A program made the position numbers and the translations under genes. Of a stretch of DNA of 64,000 nt, positions 48,013 to 55,391 are shown in pieces. The stretch lies in the NCBI GenBank assembly GCA_036002925.1, contig DASYSU010000256.1, positions 5,216 to 69,215 of the forward strand. The letters are read 5' to 3'. The stretch is from Gemmatimonadaceae bacterium. Its GTDB lineage: Bacteria; Gemmatimonadota; Gemmatimonadetes; Gemmatimonadales; Gemmatimonadaceae. Each line of letters begins with the position of its first letter. The first letter of the stretch is position 1. The notes beneath the pieces are model-generated. The model searched no databases, was not told the origin of the DNA, and worked only from the letters and a program-made list of their open reading frames with translations.

Positions 48013-49010
48013 GCGCGGTTCTGTCGCGCGCGCGCCGCGTGTTGTCGGTTGCGGCGCTGATTCCGCTGGCTCTGACCGCCGCCGCAGCGCAAGAAGAAGC
48101 TCCCGAGCGGCTCGACCGCGGCCGATTCACGGCCGTCTATTTTCCCAGCGACCAAACGCTGACGCAGTCATTGTTGGATTACTCGGTCCGCAACGACACG
48201 TTTCCCGGATTGCCGCGGCCGCGCCAGCACGTCTGGCTGGCGATCGCGCCCAACCGCAAGCGATTCCGTGAGTGGATCGGTCCGGGCGCGCCGGAGTGGG
48301 GCGCGGCGATCACGTTTCCCGAATCGCGTCGCATCGTGATGCAGGGGCGATTCGCCGGAGCCGACGCCGGCGATCCGCGCGAAGTGTTGCGTCATGAGCT
48401 CGCGCACTTGGCGCTGCACGAGTACTTGGGCGACGCACCGCCACGCTGGTTCGACGAAGGCTACGCGAGCTACGCTGCGCACGAATGGCGGAGAGACGAC
48501 GCGTTGGCGGCCAACGTCGCGTTGGCATTGAAGGGAACGCCGACCCTCGACGAGCTAGATGCCGAATTCAACGCCGGCTCGACGACGGCGCAGAACGCGT
48601 ACGCGCTCGCGTATCGTGCGGTGGTGGAGCTCGCGTCGCTCGACACGGCGTCCGGTCTCGCGCGGTTTCTCAGCGCCTGGAAGGATACGGGCTCGATGGA
48701 CCGCGCCTTCCGCGCGACCTTCGGCATTACGCTGGTCGGATTCGAGCAGCGATGGCAACAGCGCACGCGCCGTCGCTACGGAGCGCTCGCGCTCGTTGGC
48801 GATTTTGCCATCGGGGGACTGGTGTTGCTGGTGATCGTGTTCCCGTTGTACGTGACCAGGCGCCAACGAAATCGCCAACGATTGGCGGCGCTGCTTGCGG
48901 CAGACGAGGCCGCCGAGCGGGCGGCGCGACGCAGCGCGATCGAGGCACTCCTGCGCGGGGATGATGAGACCGATTTGCGTGGCGGAACGCCCGAGATTCC
49001 TCCGTCTTAA
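47919..49010 (+). CDS. Peptidase-MA-like (HExxH) protein with signal peptide and C-terminal TM anchor
   Basis: REVLRHELAHLALHEYLGDAPPRWFDEGYASYAA has the same HExxH...W..EGYA.Y signature as the 975-aa protein. Signal-like RARRVLSVAALIPLALTAAAAQ. C-terminal TM LVGDFAIGGLVLLVIVFPLYV. The start is ambiguous (47919, 47955 or later). Confidence 0.55.
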   Translation: MEGRLRGEQVQSVGKTLRRSAHDGGGRRLALGAVLSRARRVLSVAALIPLALTAAAAQEEAPERLDRGRFTAVYFPSDQTLTQSLLDYSVRNDTFPGLPRPRQHVWLAIAPNRKRFREWIGPGAPEWGAAITFPESRRIVMQGRFAGADAGDPREVLRHELAHLALHEYLGDAPPRWFDEGYASYAAHEWRRDDALAANVALALKGTPTLDELDAEFNAGSTTAQNAYALAYRAVVELASLDTASGLARFLSAWKDTGSMDRAFRATFGITLVGFEQRWQQRTRRRYGALALVGDFAIGGLVLLVIVFPLYVTRRQRNRQRLAALLAADEAAERAARRSAIEALLRGDDETDLRGGTPEIPPS

Positions 49011-49062
49011 TCAGTCCGTAATGTCGCGCTCATCATGGCGTAACTTCGCGTCAGCACGTCGC

Positions 49063-49091
49063 TTGACACCATTCCTAGGAAGGTCTACACT
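49063..49091 (+). promoter_or_regulatory. Near-consensus sigma70-type promoter TTGACA-17 nt-TACACT
   Basis: Read directly from the sequence. It lies about 45 nt upstream of the small ORF at 49137 and about 280 nt upstream of tRNA-Val. Confidence 0.4.
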
Positions 49092-49136
49092 ACATCCCCT
49101 ATGGCGGAGAACGAGGCGGCGTCTCGGACACGAGGC

Positions 49137-49271
49137 ATGATGTGGTGGGGAATCGCGGCGTTGGTGATCATTGCCGGGTTCGCCGATTTGGCGCGGGGCG
49201 GGGAAACGATCGCCCCGATCTTGCTTGCGATTGGATATTGCATCCTCGTACCCGTTGCAATTCTGAAATAG
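49137..49271 (+). CDS. Candidate 44-aa two-TM membrane peptide, not in the ORF track
   Basis: My own translation gives MMWWGIAALVIIAGFADLARGGETIAPILLAIGYCILVPVAILK. A GAGG lies just upstream, and the promoter is at 49063. Confidence 0.3.
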   Translation: MMWWGIAALVIIAGFADLARGGETIAPILLAIGYCILVPVAILK

Positions 49272-49370
49272 TTTCTTGAGCGCTTTTTCGCGGATCTGGC
49301 GGGCGGGCGAGCAGGACGCCGCGAAAGTTGCTATGTGTGTGCAGGAGCGACCCGCCCGATCGTGCAGGTC

Positions 49371-49444
49371 GGGCGAATAGCTCAGTTGGTTAGAGCGCCT
49401 GCCTTACACGCAGGAAGTCGGGGGTTCGAGTCCCTCTTCGCCCA
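49371..49444 (+). tRNA. tRNA-Val (anticodon UAC)
   Basis: I folded the cloverleaf by hand. Acceptor GGGCGAA/TTCGCCC. D arm GCTC-AGTTGGTTA-GAGC. Anticodon arm CCTGC-CTTACAC-GCAGG. T arm GGGGG-TTCGAGT-CCCTC. Discriminator A. CCA is not encoded. Confidence 0.9.
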
Positions 49445-49480
49445 TTGAGCATTAATTAAGCAGTATGTGATTGCGAACCC

Positions 49481-49528
49481 GAGTGCACGTCGCGGGGTAC
49501 TCAGTTCAACGTCTGGGAGGTTACGACC
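49481..49528 (+). promoter_or_regulatory. Conserved 5' leader, copy 1 (GAGTGCACGT...CAGTTCA.CG.TGGGAGGT...GACC-GTG)
   Basis: It aligns by eye with 51375-51421 upstream of the paralogous gene. It includes the GGGAGG Shine-Dalgarno and a GTGCAC palindrome. Confidence 0.45.
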
Positions 49529-51277
49529 GTGAAGTCAACGCAACGTTCGAGTGCCAGGGCCTTGGCCCTTCTCGCGCTTTCGCTCGCGACCAGTCCGCTG
49601 GCCGCGCAAGTGGCGAAGCAGCCGGATCAGCGCGGCGGCGTGCCGAACACCGACACGCCCTACATTCTCGTCGCGACATTCCGCAGTCCCGACCGAGCGC
49701 TCGGCGTCACCATGGCCGACGAAGTTCGGAAGCGGCTGCAGAGTGAGAAATCGACGAAAGAGCTTTACGTCATTCCAAAGACGAACATCAACAACACGCT
49801 CGAGGCCTCGGGCTACCGAGCGGATTCCGCGTTGAATGCGTCCGACCTCATGGAGCTCGCGAAGCAGCTGCGCGGTGAACAAGTGCTCGACGGTGTCGTG
49901 ACGAAGACGGCGAGCGGCGTGCACGTCGAGCCGCGGTTGCTCATGCGAACCGGACAACAGATTGTCGCGCAGCCGCTCCCGGTGGTCGACGCGAGAGATC
50001 CGGGCGACGCCGCGAAGCAAATCGAACGCGGTCTCACCGAAGCAAGCAAAGCAATTCCGTCCTATAAGCTGTGCACGACGGCATTGCGCGCAGCCAAATA
50101 CGACGATGCAGCGAAAGCGGCGCGCGCCGGTCTCGCGCTGTACGCCAACTCCAGCTTCTCCCGTCTGTGCCTGCTGTCGGCATTCGCGTCCCAGAAGGCG
50201 CCCGCTGACTCGATCATCGCGGTTGCGTCGAAGATCGTCGCGACCGACCCGACGTCGATGATCGCGCTGGCGAATCTCGCCGACGCGTACGCGCAGAAGG
50301 GTGACACGGCAAAGGCCATCGAGACGAACCTGGCGATCTACAAGCTCGATCCGTCGAATACGACGATCGGCACGTCGATCATTACGCAGCTTGCGCAGTT
50401 CGGATCACCGGACAAGGCGCTGCCGATCATCGACTCGATGCTCGTGCAGAATCCGGGAGACCCGACCATGCTCCGTCAGAAATGGCTCCTTCAGCTCAAG
50501 GCCGGAAAGTTCAAGCAGGCAATTGCGACGGGTGAGGAGTATGTGAAGGCCGACACCGCCGCGGCAACGCTCGACTTCTTCCAGCGCCAGATCGGCGCGG
50601 CGCAGCAAGACAGCAACGCGGCAATGGTGCAGACGCTGGCGGCACGGGCGGCGCAGAGATTCCCGAAGGACGCGAGCCTCCAGGTGCTGTTGGCGCAGAA
50701 CTATCGGAAAGCGGGGCAGATGCAACAAGCATTGGCAGCGGCCCGCCGTGCAACCGAAATCGATCCGAAGAACGCGAACGCCTGGTTGTTCGCGATCGTG
50801 ACGGCCAACGATTTGAACATGCCTGACACGGCCATGGCGCTCGCCCAAAAGGCGATCGCGGCTGGCTCGAGCAAAGAGCAGCTGAGTCAGGCGCTTCTTG
50901 CGCCGGTCGGCGCGTCGGTGAAAAAAGCGCAGGACTCCAAGGAGCGCGCGGATTGGGAGGCGGCACTCAAGTCCGCCCAATCGGCCGATGCGATCGCTGG
51001 TTCGCAGGGGACGAAGTTCTACATTGGACTATCGTCCTTCCAGGTTGGGTTGGACGCGATCAACAACGCGCAGAAGCTCTCGAAGGAAAAAGGCAAGGAC
51101 GCCAAGGAAAAGGCGTGCGCTGAGACGAAGATCGCCGAGGAGATGACGGCGTTGACGGCGATGTCGATGCCGGCGGGCGGCGCGTACAACAAGGAGGCGG
51201 CGGGTCAGATCCTTACCGCGCTGAATCAAATTCAAGAAGCCATCCCGCAGTTCAAGAAGGCGCTCTGCGGCAAGTAA
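49529..51277 (+). CDS. Secreted TPR-like helical-repeat protein, tandem paralog 1
   Basis: GTG start behind GGGAGG. Signal peptide ALALLALSLATSPLAAQ. N-terminal roughly 130-aa alpha/beta-like domain, then TPR-like repeats. Four conserved Cys residues. Confidence 0.7.
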   Translation: MKSTQRSSARALALLALSLATSPLAAQVAKQPDQRGGVPNTDTPYILVATFRSPDRALGVTMADEVRKRLQSEKSTKELYVIPKTNINNTLEASGYRADSALNASDLMELAKQLRGEQVLDGVVTKTASGVHVEPRLLMRTGQQIVAQPLPVVDARDPGDAAKQIERGLTEASKAIPSYKLCTTALRAAKYDDAAKAARAGLALYANSSFSRLCLLSAFASQKAPADSIIAVASKIVATDPTSMIALANLADAYAQKGDTAKAIETNLAIYKLDPSNTTIGTSIITQLAQFGSPDKALPIIDSMLVQNPGDPTMLRQKWLLQLKAGKFKQAIATGEEYVKADTAAATLDFFQRQIGAAQQDSNAAMVQTLAARAAQRFPKDASLQVLLAQNYRKAGQMQQALAAARRATEIDPKNANAWLFAIVTANDLNMPDTAMALAQKAIAAGSSKEQLSQALLAPVGASVKKAQDSKERADWEAALKSAQSADAIAGSQGTKFYIGLSSFQVGLDAINNAQKLSKEKGKDAKEKACAETKIAEEMTALTAMSMPAGGAYNKEAAGQILTALNQIQEAIPQFKKALCGK

Positions 51278-51297
51278 AACGCGAACTGAACGCGAGA

Positions 51298-51333
51298 AAT
51301 GCCGCCCGGCAACGTCTGCCGGGCGGCATTTTT
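51298..51333 (+). terminator. Rho-independent terminator
   Basis: A 13-bp stem (AATGCCGCCCGGC / GCCGGGCGGCATT) with a 7-nt loop, followed by TTTTT. Confidence 0.75.
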
Positions 51334-51374
51334 CGCTCACGTAGGGTTTTTTAGCATTTCGGAATCCTCGCCGC

Positions 51375-51421
51375 GAGTGCACGTTCCTCTGTACACAGTT
51401 CACCGTTGGGAGGTGAGGACC
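51375..51421 (+). promoter_or_regulatory. Conserved 5' leader, copy 2
   Basis: Same block order and same spacing to the GTG start as 49481-49528. Confidence 0.45.
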
Positions 51422-53203
51422 GTGCAGTCAACGCAACGTCATAGCTGGACGGGGTTGGCGATTCTGGCGCTCTCGCTCGCACGCACGCCTTTGCTCGCAC
51501 AAACGTCCAAGCTGCCGGAACAGCGCGGAGGCGCGCCGAATGCCGACACGCCGTACATCCTCGTGGCCGCGTTCCGGGGTCCCGACCGCGCCCTCGGCGT
51601 TGCCGTTGCCGACGAGGTCCGAAAGCGTCTCCAGAGCGAGCATTCGACCAAGGAGCTGTACGTCGTTCCCAAAGCCAACATCATCCATACGCTAGCCGCG
51701 TCGGGATACCCCGCGGATTCCGCGCTGAGCGTGACAGATCTCGTCGAGCTCGCGAGGTCGCTCCGCAGCGACGAGGTGCTCGACGGTTTGGTTTCCAAGA
51801 GTGCGAGCGGCGTGCACGTCGAGCCGCGGTTGTTGTTGAAGAGTGGTCAACAGGTCGTGATGCAGCCCCTTCCCGCCATCGATGCCCACGATCCGGGCGA
51901 CGCCGCCAAACAAATCGAACGCCATCTCACCGACGCGAGCAAGGCGATTCCGTCGTACAAGCTGTGTGTGACGGCGCTGCGGGCGGCGAAGTACGACGAC
52001 GCTGTGCGTGCCGGACGCGCGGGCCTTGCTGCGTATCCGAACTCGAACCTTGCGCGCATCTGCCTGCTCCAAGCGTTCGTCTCTCAAAAAGCGCCGGCTG
52101 ATTCGATCATCAACGTTGGCAAGGCTGTGGTCGCGGCCGACCCGACATCGCTGATCGCACTCGCGAATTTGGCCGACGCGTACTTGCGGAAGGGCGATAC
52201 GGTGACGGCGATTCAGACCCAACTCGCGATGTACAAGCTCGATCCGACGAACACTGCACTCGGGACGGCGATCATCAACTCACTCGTGAGTGTCGGGTCG
52301 GTTGCGGACGCATTGCGAATCGTCGAATCGATGCTGGCCGAAAATCCCGGCGATCCGTCCATGCTGAAAACACGGTGGCTCCTCCTCCTCAGGTCTGCGC
52401 AGGCCGACAGCAACCGCGCGACCAAATCGGCGAAGCTGCAACTCGCGGTCAAAGCGGGCGATGACTACGTGAAGGCCGACCCAAGCGCGGCCACCGTCGA
52501 CTTCTTTGGCAGGCAGATCGGCGCGATGCAGCAAGACAGCAACGCGGCGATGGTGCAGCAGATCGCTGCGAAAGCCGCACAGAAATTTCCGATGGAGGCG
52601 AGTTTTCAAGTCCTCCTCGCGCAGAGCTATCGAAAGTCGGGTCAATTGCAGCAGGCCCTCGTCGCCGCGCGACGTGCAACCGAGATCAATCCAAAGGATG
52701 CCAACGCCTGGCTCTTCGCGATCGTCACGGCGAATGATCTGAACATGCCTGATACGGCGATGGCGCTGGCGCAGAAGGCGATCGCGGCTGGCTCGAGCAA
52801 AGAGCAGCTTGGCCAAGCGCTGCTTGGTCCGGTCAATGTCGCCGTGAAGAAGGCGCAAGAATCGAAGGAGCGCGCGGATTGGGAAGCGGCGTTGAAATCG
52901 GCGCAATCGGCCGACGCGATTGCCAGCTCACAGGGCAGCAAATTCTACATCGGGCTTGCTTCCTTTCAGGTCGGATTGGACGCGATCAACAACGCGCAGA
53001 AGCTGTCGAAGGAAAAGGGCAAGGACGCCAAAGAGAAGGCGTGCTCCGAAACGAAGGTTGCGGAGGACATGACCGCGACGACAGCGATGTCGATGCCGGT
53101 TGGTGGAGGCTTCAACAAAGAGGCTGCCGGTCAAATCATGACCGCACTGGGCCAAATCCAGGCCGCCATCCCGCAATTCAAGAAGCAACTCTGCGGCAAA
53201 TGA
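51422..53203 (+). CDS. Secreted TPR-like helical-repeat protein, tandem paralog 2
   Basis: About 70 percent identical to paralog 1 by eye. The start is reassigned to the GTG at 51422 by homology of the leader, the SD and the VQSTQR N-terminus. The ORF-track start is 51299. Confidence 0.7.
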   Translation: MQSTQRHSWTGLAILALSLARTPLLAQTSKLPEQRGGAPNADTPYILVAAFRGPDRALGVAVADEVRKRLQSEHSTKELYVVPKANIIHTLAASGYPADSALSVTDLVELARSLRSDEVLDGLVSKSASGVHVEPRLLLKSGQQVVMQPLPAIDAHDPGDAAKQIERHLTDASKAIPSYKLCVTALRAAKYDDAVRAGRAGLAAYPNSNLARICLLQAFVSQKAPADSIINVGKAVVAADPTSLIALANLADAYLRKGDTVTAIQTQLAMYKLDPTNTALGTAIINSLVSVGSVADALRIVESMLAENPGDPSMLKTRWLLLLRSAQADSNRATKSAKLQLAVKAGDDYVKADPSAATVDFFGRQIGAMQQDSNAAMVQQIAAKAAQKFPMEASFQVLLAQSYRKSGQLQQALVAARRATEINPKDANAWLFAIVTANDLNMPDTAMALAQKAIAAGSSKEQLGQALLGPVNVAVKKAQESKERADWEAALKSAQSADAIASSQGSKFYIGLASFQVGLDAINNAQKLSKEKGKDAKEKACSETKVAEDMTATTAMSMPVGGGFNKEAAGQIMTALGQIQAAIPQFKKQLCGK

Positions 53204-53215
53204 ATGCATCGGCAA

Positions 53216-53255
53216 GAAACCGCCCGGCGCCTGACACGCCGGGCGGTTTCTTTTT
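53216..53255. terminator. Strong hairpin terminator between convergent genes
   Basis: A 14-bp stem (GAAACCGCCCGGCG / CGCCGGGCGGTTTC) followed by TTTTT on the plus strand. The T-rich tail on the minus strand is weaker. Confidence 0.75.
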
Positions 53256-53258
53256 CTT

Positions 53259-54155
53259 CTACCCTTCCGTTTCGCCAGGGAGAGTCGCGACGTGAACCCA
53301 CAGGTCGCGCGCCCGCGCCCGATAGACCAGATGCTTTCCGTTCGACGACTCTCCGTCGACGTTGACGGCCACCGCTTCGCGCGTGTCGATCGTCACGCCG
53401 CGCACCTGCACGTACTGCACTCCGTCCTGGCCAATGTGCTCACCGCGCTTGACGCGAAGCACCGTGCGCGCAAAATCGGCGCGCGACATGTTCTCGACAA
53501 TGCACAGGTCCAACAGCCCGTCCGTGGCCGAGGCCATCGGCGTGACCATGGTTCCCCCACCGGACGCGCGCGTCAGCCCCACAGCGAACATGAGAAACTC
53601 ACCCTCGTACTCGAAGCCGTCGCCGGCGAACCGCGCAACTTGTGGTCGAAGGTCGGCCAGCTTGCGCATGCCGCTGATCACATAGGCAAGCGCGCCGAGT
53701 GACTCCTTGGCCTCGGGTGGCGTCTCGGCTGTCGCTTCTGCGCCGACGCCGGCCGTGGACACGTTGAGAAATCGGCGGCCGTTGAGCGACGCCGTGTCCA
53801 GTCGCCTAGGCTTGCGTTGTAGGATAACATCCATGGCATGATCGGCATCCGCCGGTATCCCTACCTGTCGCGCAAAATCGTTGGCCGTTCCCACCGGGAT
53901 GACCCCAAGCGGCACGTCGTATCCGTCCAAGCCATTCACGACTTCATTCAACGTCCCGTCTCCACCCACCGCCGCGACCACATCGACGCCGCGGCGTGCG
54001 GCATCGGCGGCGAAGGCCGTGGCGTCGCCGACGGCGTACGTGACCATCGGCTCGACGAGGTGTCCCTTCTGGCGCACCCAGTCGATGAGATGTCGAACCT
54101 CGGGATAGTCGGCACGCGAGCCGTGGATGACCAACGCGATGTGCTTGGATCTCAT
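53259..54155 (-). CDS. Diacylglycerol-kinase-family lipid kinase (YegS/BmrU-like)
   Basis: VAAVGGDGTLNEVVNGL and IPVGTANDFAR motifs. Length is about 300 aa. Confidence 0.85.
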   Translation of the reverse strand: MRSKHIALVIHGSRADYPEVRHLIDWVRQKGHLVEPMVTYAVGDATAFAADAARRGVDVVAAVGGDGTLNEVVNGLDGYDVPLGVIPVGTANDFARQVGIPADADHAMDVILQRKPRRLDTASLNGRRFLNVSTAGVGAEATAETPPEAKESLGALAYVISGMRKLADLRPQVARFAGDGFEYEGEFLMFAVGLTRASGGGTMVTPMASATDGLLDLCIVENMSRADFARTVLRVKRGEHIGQDGVQYVQVRGVTIDTREAVAVNVDGESSNGKHLVYRARARDLWVHVATLPGETEG

Positions 54156-55083
54156 GCCGCTCGATAGCGCATATCACGCGCCTGTGCTCGCCAGCGACGT
54201 CACAGAGCTCCTACGCCGCTCGAAACGCGTGCTCGACTGTACGCTAGGAGGGGGCGGGCATTCGCTGGCCCTGCTCGAGGCTGGAGTCGAAAGCGTGGTG
54301 GGCGTCGATCGAGACCCTCAAGCGCTGGCCGCGGCTACCGAGCGCCTCGCCCGATTCTCCGACCTCGGCAGATTCTCGGCTGTCGAGTCGAACTTTGCGG
54401 CCCTCGACGGTCTTTCGGCACTCGAAGGGATTCGATTCGACGGCATCTTGCTCGACTTGGGGATTTCCTCGCACCAGATCGATGAGACCGACCGCGGCTT
54501 CAGTTTCCGCCCCGGCGCCCCGTTGAATATGCGCATGGGGGCAGACTCGCCGATGGATGCCGCTGAATTGCTCAACACTGAAGACGAGAGGACCCTGACA
54601 TCGATCTTCCGACACTTCGGCGACGAGCCGCACGCGGCTCGTCTGGCCCGCGAAGTCGTGCGTCGCCGAGCCAACGCGCCTTTCGAGAGCAGCGATGACC
54701 TGGTCGGCGCGATTCGAGCCGTCCTCGGCGCACGCAGCGGAGCTGGCGACTTTGCGCGATTGTTTCAGGCGGTGCGCATTGCCGTCAACGACGAGCTCCC
54801 CAGCTTGGAGCGTGCACTCCCCGCGCTTCGCGACCGGCTGTTGCCAGGCGGGACGTTGGTCGCGATCGCGTACCATTCGGGAGAAGACCGCATCGTCAAG
54901 AATGCGTTCCGAGACTGGAGCGCGGCCTGCGTCTGTCCGCCGAAGCAACCTGTCTGCACCTGCCGTGGCCGTCCACTCGGCACGACGATCACCAAGCGCG
55001 CCATTCCCGCCTCCGCCGACGAAGTCATTCGAAACCCACGCGCCCGCAGCGCCCGGCTCCGCGCATGGCGAAGCGCCGAGTAA
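54154..55083 (+). CDS. rsmH: 16S rRNA (cytosine1402-N4)-methyltransferase RsmH (MraW)
   Basis: YHAPVL, DCTLGGGGHS, DLGISSHQID, RMG and AYHSGEDRIVK motifs. The start is set at MPLDSAYHAPVL. The ORF-track start is 54127. Confidence 0.9.
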   Translation: MPLDSAYHAPVLASDVTELLRRSKRVLDCTLGGGGHSLALLEAGVESVVGVDRDPQALAAATERLARFSDLGRFSAVESNFAALDGLSALEGIRFDGILLDLGISSHQIDETDRGFSFRPGAPLNMRMGADSPMDAAELLNTEDERTLTSIFRHFGDEPHAARLAREVVRRRANAPFESSDDLVGAIRAVLGARSGAGDFARLFQAVRIAVNDELPSLERALPALRDRLLPGGTLVAIAYHSGEDRIVKNAFRDWSAACVCPPKQPVCTCRGRPLGTTITKRAIPASADEVIRNPRARSARLRAWRSAE

Positions 55084-55391
55084 AGCCGGGGCGCCGCGGC
55101 CTGATCGCCATGGTGCTCGTCGGTTTCGTCTTGGTCACGACGGGCGTCATTGCACGGAGAGTGTTCGGCGTTCAGCAGCAGCGGGAAATCCGAAAGCTCC
55201 AACAGAAACGCAACGCGCTCGAGGCAGACCGCATCCGGTTGGAGACCGCGATCCGAGAAGCATCGAGCCGGACGCATTTACAGCCGATCGCCGAGCAACG
55301 ATTGAACATGCACATCCCGACACCGGATCAGCAGGTGCTTCTGCCGCGACCCGCGACCAAAGCAGCACGCCCGCCTCATGATTCGCTCTAA
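55065..55391 (+). CDS. ftsL: FtsL-like cell-division protein
   Basis: Short basic N-terminus, a single TM (LIAMVLVGFVLVTTGVIA), then a coiled coil. The position between rsmH and ftsI is canonical. Confidence 0.65.
   Translation: MAKRRVKPGRRGLIAMVLVGFVLVTTGVIARRVFGVQQQREIRKLQQKRNALEADRIRLETAIREASSRTHLQPIAEQRLNMHIPTPDQQVLLPRPATKAARPPHDSL

Noticed and set aside
49371-53255. A tRNA-Val-adjacent genomic island.
   Set aside because: There is no integrase, no direct repeat of the tRNA 3' end that I could find downstream, and no compositional shift. The downstream genes look like native paralogs.
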